Positions 9,764 through 17,836 are shown, numbered from the stretch's first letter. The stretch: 20,000 bases of DNA from an uncultured virus (IMG/VR IMGVR_UViG_3300000929_000007) (IMGVR_UViG_3300000929_000007); one strand, 5' to 3'. The notes: generated by a model not told the origin, from the letters alone. Numbers and translations are program-made.

Positions 9764-10405
9764 ATGAATCTAACTAAGAAGATGGTTCACATTTGGATTG
9801 GGCCTTTTAAACCCCCCATCCAATGGATGAATACGTGGAAAGAGAAACACCCCGATTGGGACTATAGTATATTCACCGATGAGATGTACAAGTCACGCAC
9901 GTGGTATAATCAACATCTCATGGATGAGTACTATTCCAAAGAAGTTTGGGCAGGTGTCGCAGATTTAATTCGTTATGAATTATTATATGAGGACGGTGGT
10001 TTCTTACCACCCGCAGACGCTATATGCTATGAGAATATGGATGAAGTGTTCACCAGCCCGTCAGATTATGCGTACACCGTATATGAAAATGACAGGGATG
10101 AACATATAGCACCGAACTGGATATCCCCTATACAGGCATGTAACGCGGGGAATACCTTAGTTAAGTTATTGATAGATACCTTACATGAATTGAAAGTAGA
10201 AGAGCTTAGTTTAAAACCGTGGCAGTCTACCGGTAATGAATTTCTCTCACAGTTTGTACCTGATAAAGAGAAACATAAATTAACTATCTGGCCTTCCTAT
10301 TATACTATCCCGAGGCATTATTCTATTCGTTCCACTCCTTATATGGGTAATGATAAGATATATGCTGAACAAATGTGGGGAAGTACAAAGAAAATTTACG
10401 TTTAA
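9764..10405 (+). CDS. GT32-like glycosyltransferase (Gly_transf_sug/OCH1-like) with altered DxD motif
   Basis: VHIWIG, TWKEKHPDWDY, ADLIRYELLYEDGG match the family pattern; the DxD position reads PAD. Confidence 0.75.
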   Translation: MNLTKKMVHIWIGPFKPPIQWMNTWKEKHPDWDYSIFTDEMYKSRTWYNQHLMDEYYSKEVWAGVADLIRYELLYEDGGFLPPADAICYENMDEVFTSPSDYAYTVYENDRDEHIAPNWISPIQACNAGNTLVKLLIDTLHELKVEELSLKPWQSTGNEFLSQFVPDKEKHKLTIWPSYYTIPRHYSIRSTPYMGNDKIYAEQMWGSTKKIYV

Positions 10406-10417
10406 GTTTTATTTTTG

Positions 10418-10425
10418 TATAAATA
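10418..10425 (+). promoter_or_regulatory. T4-type late promoter
   Basis: TATAAATA upstream of the 66-aa ORF and gp21. Confidence 0.85.
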
Positions 10426-10443
10426 ATAGGAAAAGAGTAAAAG

Positions 10444-10644
10444 ATGAAATCATTTCAACAAATTAGAGAATCATCTAAAAAAGTCTTCAGTAAGAAGATG
10501 GGTGGTTATCCGGTAGTAATTAATCAGACCAAAAAAGGGTTTGAGTTGAATATTGATGGAGACTACGTAGATGCTTTCAAGACGCAGAAGGAAGCAGAGT
10601 CAACTGCTAAACAAGTCCTCATAGACTTAGGAAAATTAAAATGA
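10444..10644 (+). CDS. Small basic head-module protein (gp68 position)
   Basis: MKSFQQIRE N-terminus resembling T4-like prohead proteins; own late promoter; ATGA overlap with gp21. Confidence 0.6.
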   Translation: MKSFQQIRESSKKVFSKKMGGYPVVINQTKKGFELNIDGDYVDAFKTQKEAESTAKQVLIDLGKLK

Positions 10645-11303
10645 AGCTGATTACCGAATTTAATGACAGCCACGATTTACAGTGTATCGTGGAAGCCAAG
10701 GAGAATGGCGAAAAGAATTATGTCATCGAGGGTGTGTTCGCACAAGCAGATTCAAAAAACCGTAATGGGCGAATTTACCCCAAAGCAATTATGGAACGTG
10801 CTGTAAATAAGTACGTTACCGAACAAGTTAGCAAGAAGAGAGCAGTCGGTGAGTTAAATCATCCGGAAGGCCCAACTGTTAACTTGGATAAAGTTTCGCA
10901 TTTAATCACTGACCTTCACTTTGAAGGCAATGATGTAATCGGAAGGGCGCAAATATTGGACACTCCTATGGGTAAGATTGTAAAAGGTCTTCTTGCTGGT
11001 GGTGTTCAACTAGGAGTGTCAACTCGTGGTATGGGAAGTCTTGTGAGCAAAAATGGCATAAATTATGTCGGAGAAGACTTTATTCTTAGTACAGTAGATA
11101 TCGTACAAGACCCAAGTGCACCAAATGCTTTTGTTAATGGTATTATGGAAGGTGTAGACTGGGTTTGGAATAATGGAATTCTTGAGCCTCAAGCAATTGA
11201 AGAGATAGAGACTGAAATCAAAGCAACACCCGCTGCATATCGACCTGAAGTGCAGATGCGTGAGTTTAAGAATTTCCTCTCGTTAATCAAATCTAAACTA
11301 TAA
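10641..11303 (+). CDS. gp21: Prohead protease gp21
   Basis: NRNGRIYP, GELNHP, GVSTRGMGS, DIVQDPSAPNAFV. Confidence 0.96.
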   Translation: MKLITEFNDSHDLQCIVEAKENGEKNYVIEGVFAQADSKNRNGRIYPKAIMERAVNKYVTEQVSKKRAVGELNHPEGPTVNLDKVSHLITDLHFEGNDVIGRAQILDTPMGKIVKGLLAGGVQLGVSTRGMGSLVSKNGINYVGEDFILSTVDIVQDPSAPNAFVNGIMEGVDWVWNNGILEPQAIEEIETEIKATPAAYRPEVQMREFKNFLSLIKSKL

Positions 11304-11312
11304 GGAGTCACT

Positions 11313-12362
11313 ATGACTAATCTTAAAAAAGAAGTCGAAGTTGAAATCCGCGATAGCATTGTTGATACTAACGAAATCGTGGAGGAAACTCTGGACGAAG
11401 CACAAGCACCTAAAGCGAAGGGTAAGGCAGAGGCTACACCAGTATCCGAACCTGAGTCAATCGCATCGGTAGATAAGGCTGCGGACGCTACATCCAAAAC
11501 ATCGCTTCCAAAAACCAAGGCAGGAATGTTGAACGCAATGTACCAAACCGCTTCAAAAATGAAGAAAGGTGACTTGCAAGCAGCATATGCCAAAGTATGT
11601 GAACAAGCCGGTGTAGATCTGGATGAAGATGTTGCACAAGAAAACGACACTCAATCACAATTACGTGCTATTGTCGAAGGTGAAGCAACTCTATCTGAAG
11701 AGTTCAAGGAAAAGACCGCACTTATTTTCGAAGCAGCTGTTAAAACAAAGTTGTCAGAAGAAGTAACGCGTCTTGAAGAACAATACACAGAAGAATTATC
11801 TGAAGAAGTTGAGTCTATTAAGACTGACCTCGTAACAAAAGTAGATTCTTACCTAAACTATGTAGTTGAAACTTGGATGGAAGACAACAAGTTAGCGATT
11901 CAAAGTGGTCTACGTACCGAAATCGCAGAAAACTTTATGTCATCNNNNNNNNNNNNNNNNNNNNNNNNNNNNNNNNNNNNNNNNNNNNNNNNNNNNNNNN
12001 NNNNNNNNNNNNNNNNNNNNNNNNNNNNNNNNNNNNNNNNNNNNNNNNNNNNNNNNNNNNNNNNNNNNNNNNNNNNNGCAGAAGAACTTGAAACTTACAA
12101 GCGTAATACTCTTATTGCTGAAGCTTCACGTGACCTTGCGGACACCCAAGCAGAAAAGTTAAAAGAACTCGTTGAGAACGTAGACTTTGAAGACGAAGCA
12201 AGCTTCGTTAAGAAAATCGCTACTATCAAGCAATCATACTTTTCTAAAGAAATCCCAGAGCCAATCACCGAATCAGCATCCGCTGACGCTGATGAAGAAG
12301 TTGAAGTATCTTCCATGATGGAAGGCTACATCTCTGCTCTACGAAAAACCTCTAAAAAATAA
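11313..12362 (+). CDS. gp22: Prohead core scaffold protein gp22 (contains sequence gap)
   Basis: LSEEFKEKTALIFEAAV, VDSYLNYVVETWM, GLRTEIAENFM; acidic coiled coil; lies between gp21 and gp23; frame preserved across the Ns. Confidence 0.9.
   Translation: MTNLKKEVEVEIRDSIVDTNEIVEETLDEAQAPKAKGKAEATPVSEPESIASVDKAADATSKTSLPKTKAGMLNAMYQTASKMKKGDLQAAYAKVCEQAGVDLDEDVAQENDTQSQLRAIVEGEATLSEEFKEKTALIFEAAVKTKLSEEVTRLEEQYTEELSEEVESIKTDLVTKVDSYLNYVVETWMEDNKLAIQSGLRTEIAENFMSXXXXXXXXXXXXXXXXXXXXXXXXXXXXXXXXXXXXXXXXXXXXXAEELETYKRNTLIAEASRDLADTQAEKLKELVENVDFEDEASFVKKIATIKQSYFSKEIPEPITESASADADEEVEVSSMMEGYISALRKTSKK
11945..12077. other. Run of 133 undetermined bases (assembly gap)
   Basis: Directly visible N run. 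Confidence 0.99.
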
Positions 12363-12373
12363 GGAATACTAAA

Positions 12374-13654
12374 ATGCAATCTTTTGATACTCTTATCGAA
12401 AAATGGGCTCCAGTTCTTAACGAAGAGTCTGCGGGCGCGATCCACGATCACCACCGTAAAGCAGTAACCGCTGCTATCCTAGAAAACCAAGAAAAAGCAA
12501 TGATGGAAGAGCGTGTTGCTTACTCTGGTTTCATGACCGAAGACGCATCTGGCGGAGCCAACACTGGTTCTGTATCTAAGTGGGATCCAGTATTGATCTC
12601 TCTAGTACGTCGTGCAATGCCTAACCTAATGGCATATGACGTATGTGGCGTACAGCCAATGTCAGGCCCAACTGGTCTTATCTTCGCGATGAAGTCACGT
12701 TACGACGGCGGAGCTACTACTAACCCTGAAGCACTATTCGGCGAAGCTGATACTGGTTTCTCTGGCGCGGGCACTCACCCTGCCGGTAAAGGTACTACTA
12801 CCGCAGCTGGTGAAGCTCTTGGTCGTGGCGGCGTTGACGTTGAAGGTCAACCTTCAGGTTCATTCGCAGAAATGGGTTTCACAATCGAGAAAGCAACTGT
12901 AACTGCTAAGTCTCGTGCGTTGAAGGCTGAATACTCTCTAGAACTAGCACAAGATTTGAAAGCAATCCACGGTTTGGATGCTGAAACAGAACTTGCTAAC
13001 ATTCTTTCTACTGAGATTCTTGCTGAAATCAACCGTGAAGTTATTCACACAATTAACAGCCAAGCGAAGCAAGGCGCGACTACTTCAAACGTTATCGTTC
13101 CAGGCACATTCGATCTAGAAACTGATGCTGACGGCCGTTGGTCTGCAGAGAAGTTCAAGGGTCTAGTAGTTCAGTTGGATCGCGAAGCGAACGCAATTGC
13201 TAAAGAAACTCGTCGTGGTAAAGGTAACGTAGTAATCTGTTCTTCAGATGTTGCTACTGCTCTTGCTGCCTCTGGTATGCTTGACTACACACCTGCTATG
13301 TCTACTGGTCTTCAGGTTGACGATACTGGTAACACTTTTGCTGGTGTTCTTAACGGTCGCACTAAGGTCTATATCGACCCATATGCCTCTTCAGACTACA
13401 TCACTGTAGGTTATAAAGGTACTAACGCATATGACGCAGGTATTTTCTACTGCCCATACGTACCTCTCCAGATGGTTAAAGCTGTCGGCGAGAATGACTT
13501 CCAGCCACGTATCGGGTTCAAGACTCGTTATGGTATGGCGTCTAACCCATTCGTAGGTGCTGCACCTGCCGATGGTCTAGCGCTTGCTGGTACTAACCAG
13601 TACTACCGTCGATTCAACGTTGCTAACATCATGGGTAACACCCCTGCTGCATAA
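12374..13654 (+). CDS. gp23: Major capsid protein gp23
   Basis: LISLVRRAMPNLMAYDVCGVQPMSGPTGLIFAM, KSRALKAEYSLELAQDLKAIHGLDAE, FQPRIGFKTRYG. Confidence 0.98.
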   Translation: MQSFDTLIEKWAPVLNEESAGAIHDHHRKAVTAAILENQEKAMMEERVAYSGFMTEDASGGANTGSVSKWDPVLISLVRRAMPNLMAYDVCGVQPMSGPTGLIFAMKSRYDGGATTNPEALFGEADTGFSGAGTHPAGKGTTTAAGEALGRGGVDVEGQPSGSFAEMGFTIEKATVTAKSRALKAEYSLELAQDLKAIHGLDAETELANILSTEILAEINREVIHTINSQAKQGATTSNVIVPGTFDLETDADGRWSAEKFKGLVVQLDREANAIAKETRRGKGNVVICSSDVATALAASGMLDYTPAMSTGLQVDDTGNTFAGVLNGRTKVYIDPYASSDYITVGYKGTNAYDAGIFYCPYVPLQMVKAVGENDFQPRIGFKTRYGMASNPFVGAAPADGLALAGTNQYYRRFNVANIMGNTPAA

Positions 13655-13698
13655 GCAATAATGAATAAAAAATAGAGTAGGGTTAACCTACCACTTTT

Positions 13699-13728
13699 AA
13701 ACCCTCATCTTCGGATGGGGGTTTTTTT
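13699..13728 (+). terminator. Rho-independent terminator with C(UUCG)G tetraloop after gp23
   Basis: AAACCCTCATC-TTCG-GATGGGGGTTT followed by a T run. Confidence 0.92.
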
Positions 13729-13733
13729 ATGCG

Positions 13734-13741
13734 TATAAATA
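13734..13741 (+). promoter_or_regulatory. T4-type late promoter
   Basis: TATAAATA immediately after the gp23 terminator. Confidence 0.85.
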
Positions 13742-13833
13742 TATGTAAGGAAGATGTTCTACGTATCAAGTGGTACGTACTGCACATGAGTGGGTAGGAG
13801 ACCACCCTCGGAATTACAGGATAGGAGATTACT

Positions 13834-14043
13834 ATGCGTATAATCGCAATTGCGTTCGCATTGGCTCTGTCTGCTTGTTCAACCGTCGAGTCAACTATTG
13901 ATGGTACGGGTGGTATTATTAAAGGTGTCAGTTCCGATGTCTTTGGTATCACTGCCGGTGTTTTGGATGTAACGTCTAACGTGATTAAAGATGTTGCTGA
14001 TAAGACGGGGACAGCTGCGACAGCACCCGAAGAAACAAAGTAA
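13834..14043 (+). CDS. Small lipoprotein (entericidin-like architecture)
   Basis: Signal peptide MRIIAIAFALA, lipobox LSA-C15, AGGAG Shine-Dalgarno, amphipathic Gly-rich mature part. Confidence 0.8.
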   Translation: MRIIAIAFALALSACSTVESTIDGTGGIIKGVSSDVFGITAGVLDVTSNVIKDVADKTGTAATAPEETK

Positions 14044-14078
14044 GGAGTATACCGACCAAGGATGGTACTTAATTCTCG

Positions 14079-14086
14079 TATAAATA
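14079..14086 (+). promoter_or_regulatory. T4-type late promoter
   Basis: TATAAATA upstream of gp3. Confidence 0.85.
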
Positions 14087-14111
14087 CATGCGAGTCGTCC
14101 GAGGATATGTC

Positions 14112-14576
14112 ATGAGCATTAATAAAAATTTTCTACAACCCACTGGGTTTAAAATCATTATAGACAAAGAGAAATACTCTAGTCTAGAATACTTCGCGCT
14201 GTCAGTACAGCACCCAGGCTCTATTGTAAATACAATAGAAGTTCCTATCCCTAGGTTGATGGGAATGCCCATGTCGGGATCAAAACTTACTTATTCAGAA
14301 TTGTCGGTTAATCTTATTCTGGACGAAGATATGTCCGCATATAAAGAAATGCAATCGTGGATGGAAAGAACTGTAACTGAGAACGAAACATCGGCACTAT
14401 ATAATGATATAACATTAATTATCCTAACAAGCCACAATAACGGAAACGTTCGCATTAAGTATAAGGATTGTGTACCTACAAGTATTGGCGCAATCGAATT
14501 CAATTCTACTTCAGGTGATGTTCCAGTATTAACTTTTGATGCTGTGTTTAGATTTACGGAATTTACTATATTATGA
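14112..14576 (+). CDS. gp3: Tail completion / tube terminator gp3-like protein
   Basis: NFLQPTGFK, LTYSELSVNLILDEDMSAYKEMQSWM, tail-tube-like fold motifs. The start is set at 14112 (GAGGA upstream) because 14088 abuts the promoter. Confidence 0.85.
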   Translation: MSINKNFLQPTGFKIIIDKEKYSSLEYFALSVQHPGSIVNTIEVPIPRLMGMPMSGSKLTYSELSVNLILDEDMSAYKEMQSWMERTVTENETSALYNDITLIILTSHNNGNVRIKYKDCVPTSIGAIEFNSTSGDVPVLTFDAVFRFTEFTIL

Positions 14577-15220
14577 GTTTGAAAAAGTACGAAATCAAGA
14601 ATTCGAATGTATTGGCAATTCTTGAAGATTTTCGTTACACCTATAGAGATTTGTACAGACCAGAAGAATGTTGTGAGGTATTGAGCCCTGGCTTAGAAAA
14701 TGCGGCAGACCAATATACTTCAGACAAGGAAATGCGTCGAATTATAGCGCTGGGGGAGAACCACAATGGTGCTGCCGAGCATGGTTACTCACACCCTATA
14801 AAACCAGACCACTATCAAGGAACTCATCCAGAAGAGTATCGTAAAACGTACATTGCTCTGGATAAGAGATTAAAGGAAGAACTCGGATTATATTCTTCTG
14901 CCCTATCACAACTATATCCACCTAAAGGATTTATATGCTGGCACAATAACGCCAACGCAGCGATGTTCAACGTAATTTTCACATGGTCTCAGGATGGTGA
15001 TGGATGGTTCAAGTATGTAGAACCTACAACAGGTGAAGTGATTACCATTCAGGATGAGAAGGGATGGAACATGAAAGCAGGGTACTTTGGCGCGTACGGT
15101 TCAGGTGATGTAGTGTACCATGCGGCAAAAACAAACTGTTACAGAATGACACTGTCCTACGTCCTAGGACACGATTATGATTATTGGAAGGATATGATTG
15201 ACTATATTACCGAAGTGTGA
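14573..15220 (+). CDS. 2OG-Fe(II) oxygenase-like (double-stranded beta helix) protein
   Basis: YPPKGFICWHNN ... VYHAAKTNCYRMTLS resembles the Y-x-x-G-x-x-x-x-H-x-D ... H ... R-x-S/T pattern; ATGA overlap with gp3. Confidence 0.55.
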   Translation: MSLKKYEIKNSNVLAILEDFRYTYRDLYRPEECCEVLSPGLENAADQYTSDKEMRRIIALGENHNGAAEHGYSHPIKPDHYQGTHPEEYRKTYIALDKRLKEELGLYSSALSQLYPPKGFICWHNNANAAMFNVIFTWSQDGDGWFKYVEPTTGEVITIQDEKGWNMKAGYFGAYGSGDVVYHAAKTNCYRMTLSYVLGHDYDYWKDMIDYITEV

Positions 15221-15226
15221 TATAAT
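15198..15226 (+). promoter_or_regulatory. Sigma70-type (early/middle) promoter for uvsY-uvsW
   Basis: TTGACT-N17-TATAAT with extended -10 TG. Confidence 0.85.
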
Positions 15227-15258
15227 ACAGCATTCCCCCATTAAAAAGGTACTATATA

Positions 15259-15705
15259 ATGATTGATTTGGAAACCGTTCTCAAAGAATGGTCAGAAGAC
15301 TGTACTATACCTCAGCATCAACTAGACGAAGTCTCTAGACACACACCGTCGTTACACGCAAAGTATCTACAATATCACGCACTCGCAAAGTTACAGCTCA
15401 AACGTTGTGAGAACTCTCAGAAGACTCTTTTACTTAAAAAGTTTAAGTACTACAACGGTAAGATGGACGAAGATGAACTACGTGCTACTGGTTGGGACTT
15501 AGACCCCTTCAATGGTCTTCGTATACTCAAAGGTGATATGGATTTATACTACGACGCAGACCCAGAAATTCAAAAGTCTGAGGAACGGATTGCGTACTAT
15601 AAGACACTTATTGAAACTCTAAGTAATATAGTGGATACTTTAAAATGGAGACACCAGACAATTGGTAACATGATTAAGTGGCGCCAATTTGAGGCAGGTG
15701 GTTAA
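15259..15705 (+). CDS. uvsY: Recombination mediator UvsY
   Basis: W.EDC.I, PSLHAKYL, YYNGK, YYDADPEI, IGNMIKWRQFEAG; upstream of uvsW. Confidence 0.88.
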   Translation: MIDLETVLKEWSEDCTIPQHQLDEVSRHTPSLHAKYLQYHALAKLQLKRCENSQKTLLLKKFKYYNGKMDEDELRATGWDLDPFNGLRILKGDMDLYYDADPEIQKSEERIAYYKTLIETLSNIVDTLKWRHQTIGNMIKWRQFEAGG

Positions 15706-15749
15706 TATCAAACCTACCAATAATCGCGAGTTAAGAGAGAGATAAATAG

Positions 15750-15902
15750 ATGTTTGAAGAAGATGATTTAATTAAAGCGGGGATGCTAAAAGACGTAGGG
15801 CACTACCCCAATTTAGATATAGTGGAATTAGCGAAACTTATATATGAGCGTAGACAACAAGATTCGAATCAGGATGGTCAACCACAGTTACTTCGCGGTT
15901 GA
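15750..15902 (+). CDS. Possible 50-aa hypothetical protein
   Basis: ATG at 15750 after purine-rich GAGAGAG; MFEEDDLIKAGMLKDVGHYPNLDIVELAKLIYERRQQDSNQDGQPQLLRG; fills the uvsY-uvsW gap; below the ORF-track cutoff. Confidence 0.45.
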   Translation: MFEEDDLIKAGMLKDVGHYPNLDIVELAKLIYERRQQDSNQDGQPQLLRG

Positions 15903-17376
15903 GTCGCACCCTGCTCAAGAAGCAGAACTCCGTGAGTATTTCTCCTTCATGGTGCCTGGCGCCAAGTGGACTCCCGCGTTTAAAGCACGTCGCTGGGATG
16001 GAAAAATCCGTCTCTATAACATGGTTTCTAAACAACTTAACGTAGGACTTTATAGTCATCTACGTCGTTTCTGCGCGGATAGATTCTATAAGTTAGAGAT
16101 ACTTGAGCACGAAGTCTATGGTATACCTAGCGCAAAGGACGACATCGATCACCCAACTCTAGTTAAGTTTCTAGCGTCACTGGATAGTCCATACGAACCA
16201 AGAGACTATCAATATAAAGCAATTGCTCACGGTATAGAAAACTACCGTTCTATTCTATTATCTCCCACCGGTAGCGGTAAGTCATTTATCATCTATAACC
16301 TAATGCGTTATGCTCTAGAAGCTACTCAAGGTAATATACTGGTAATTGTTCCTACTACATCTCTAGTAGAACAGATGTATAAAGACTTCGAAGACTACGG
16401 ATATGATGTAGGTCAGTACTGTCATCGTATTTACTCAGGTAAAGAGAAAGTCACTGACAAACGTATTATCATATCAACGTGGCAGTCAATCTATAGATTT
16501 GACCATGAGTGGTTTGAACAGTTTGAAACTGTCTTTGGGGATGAAGTACATCTTTTCAAAGCAAAGTCTCTCTCTACTATGATGGACAAGTGTACTGAGG
16601 CGAAATATCGCTTTGGTCTCACAGGAACACTGGATGGTACGGAAACTAACAAATTGGTGTTAGAAGGTTTATTCGGGCCGACTTTTACGGTGACTAGCAC
16701 CGTGAAATTACAGAAAAGTAAACAGCTTGCCGATCTTGATATATCTATTCTCTTATTGCGCTACCATAGTGATGCGTGTAATATGATAAAAGATATGAAG
16801 TATCAAGATGAACTGGATTACATCGTCCAATATGAACCACGTAATAAGTTTATAAGTAAGCTTGCAATAGACCAAAAAGGAAATACCTTAGTCATGTTCC
16901 AATTCGTTGAGAAACATGGTAAGGTATTGTATGAGATGATCAGGAGCATGGTCGGAGAAGATCGTAAAGTATTTTATGTCTCCGGTGAAGTAGGTGCTGC
17001 TGATCGTGAACAAATAAGAGGGATTGTAGAAACTCAGAATGATTCAATTATTGTTGCTTCTCTCGGTACTTTCAGCACTGGCATCAACATCCGCAATTTG
17101 CATAATATTATATTCGCGACCCCATCTAAGTCCCAAGTCAAGGTACTACAATCAATTGGAAGGGGCCTTCGTCAGTCTGACGATGGTAGGACTACTAAGC
17201 TTTTCGATGTTGCTGATGACCTCCATGTGGGCAGCCATAAGAATTTTACTCTGAAACATAGTGCCGAAAGGATTAAGATATATACTAAGGAAGGATTTTC
17301 CTACAAGATATATCCCATTGACCTTAAACCTATAAAGGGATTATATGATGATACAGTCTTCGATCAAACAACTTAA
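15844..17376 (+). CDS. uvsW: SF2 DNA helicase UvsW
   Basis: WDGKIRL, PRDYQ, SPTGSGKS, IVPTTSLVEQM, GDEVH, GLTGT, FSTGINI, QSIGRGLR. Confidence 0.96.
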   Translation: MSVDNKIRIRMVNHSYFAVESHPAQEAELREYFSFMVPGAKWTPAFKARRWDGKIRLYNMVSKQLNVGLYSHLRRFCADRFYKLEILEHEVYGIPSAKDDIDHPTLVKFLASLDSPYEPRDYQYKAIAHGIENYRSILLSPTGSGKSFIIYNLMRYALEATQGNILVIVPTTSLVEQMYKDFEDYGYDVGQYCHRIYSGKEKVTDKRIIISTWQSIYRFDHEWFEQFETVFGDEVHLFKAKSLSTMMDKCTEAKYRFGLTGTLDGTETNKLVLEGLFGPTFTVTSTVKLQKSKQLADLDISILLLRYHSDACNMIKDMKYQDELDYIVQYEPRNKFISKLAIDQKGNTLVMFQFVEKHGKVLYEMIRSMVGEDRKVFYVSGEVGAADREQIRGIVETQNDSIIVASLGTFSTGINIRNLHNIIFATPSKSQVKVLQSIGRGLRQSDDGRTTKLFDVADDLHVGSHKNFTLKHSAERIKIYTKEGFSYKIYPIDLKPIKGLYDDTVFDQTT

Positions 17377-17749
17377 ACTGTCTACCGGTGAAGAGGTTAT
17401 TTGTGACGTATTAGATGAGCAAGTTGATTCTATAGCAGTAAGAAATTGTCTTACCCTTGAGGATAGAATGGGTTCGGATGGTCAGAGATATTTTGTCTTC
17501 CGTAGTTTGATGACGTACCAAGACAGTCCATTGGATGTTATATTATTGATGAACAGTAAGGTTGTTGCTTTATGTACACCTTCTAAAGATATGCTTCAAC
17601 AGTACGCAATAGCAGTTGACTCGATGAATTCGTATAGCACTGTTACTGATGATGACCTTCAAGATGATATGACTGACGAAGAGTGGTTCAATCATATGGA
17701 GAACTACTCACTGATTGATTCTGATACTTCAGGACTAGTGAAACATTAG
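17345..17749 (+). CDS. T4-like hypothetical protein (Sm-like N-terminus)
   Basis: IKQLKLSTGEEVIC start resembles the ORF commonly found between uvsW and gp55 in marine T4-like phages; acidic C-terminus. Confidence 0.6.
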   Translation: MMIQSSIKQLKLSTGEEVICDVLDEQVDSIAVRNCLTLEDRMGSDGQRYFVFRSLMTYQDSPLDVILLMNSKVVALCTPSKDMLQQYAIAVDSMNSYSTVTDDDLQDDMTDEEWFNHMENYSLIDSDTSGLVKH

Positions 17750-17778
17750 CTATATTCTCCCCTCCGGACAACAAGTAG

Positions 17779-17807
17779 ATTATACACTATAAACGACGCC
17801 GTGTCAA
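17779..17807 (-). promoter_or_regulatory. Consensus sigma70 promoter on the minus strand (antisense)
   Basis: The reverse complement reads TTGACA-cggcgtcgtttatagtg(17)-TATAAT. Confidence 0.75.
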
Positions 17808-17836
17808 GTTTTATTTTTATTATATGAGATTATGTT

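Noticed and set aside
11945..12077. N run in gp22 as a possible hidden insertion or intron
   Set aside because: The frame is preserved and total gp22 length (349 aa) is ordinary, so this is most simply a sequencing/assembly gap. Its content cannot be assessed.
13754..13789. 11-codon uORF (MFYVSSGTYCT) in the lipoprotein leader
   Set aside because: The AAGGA is only 2 nt from the ATG, too close for efficient initiation. An RNA-structure explanation fits better, though a uORF is not excluded.
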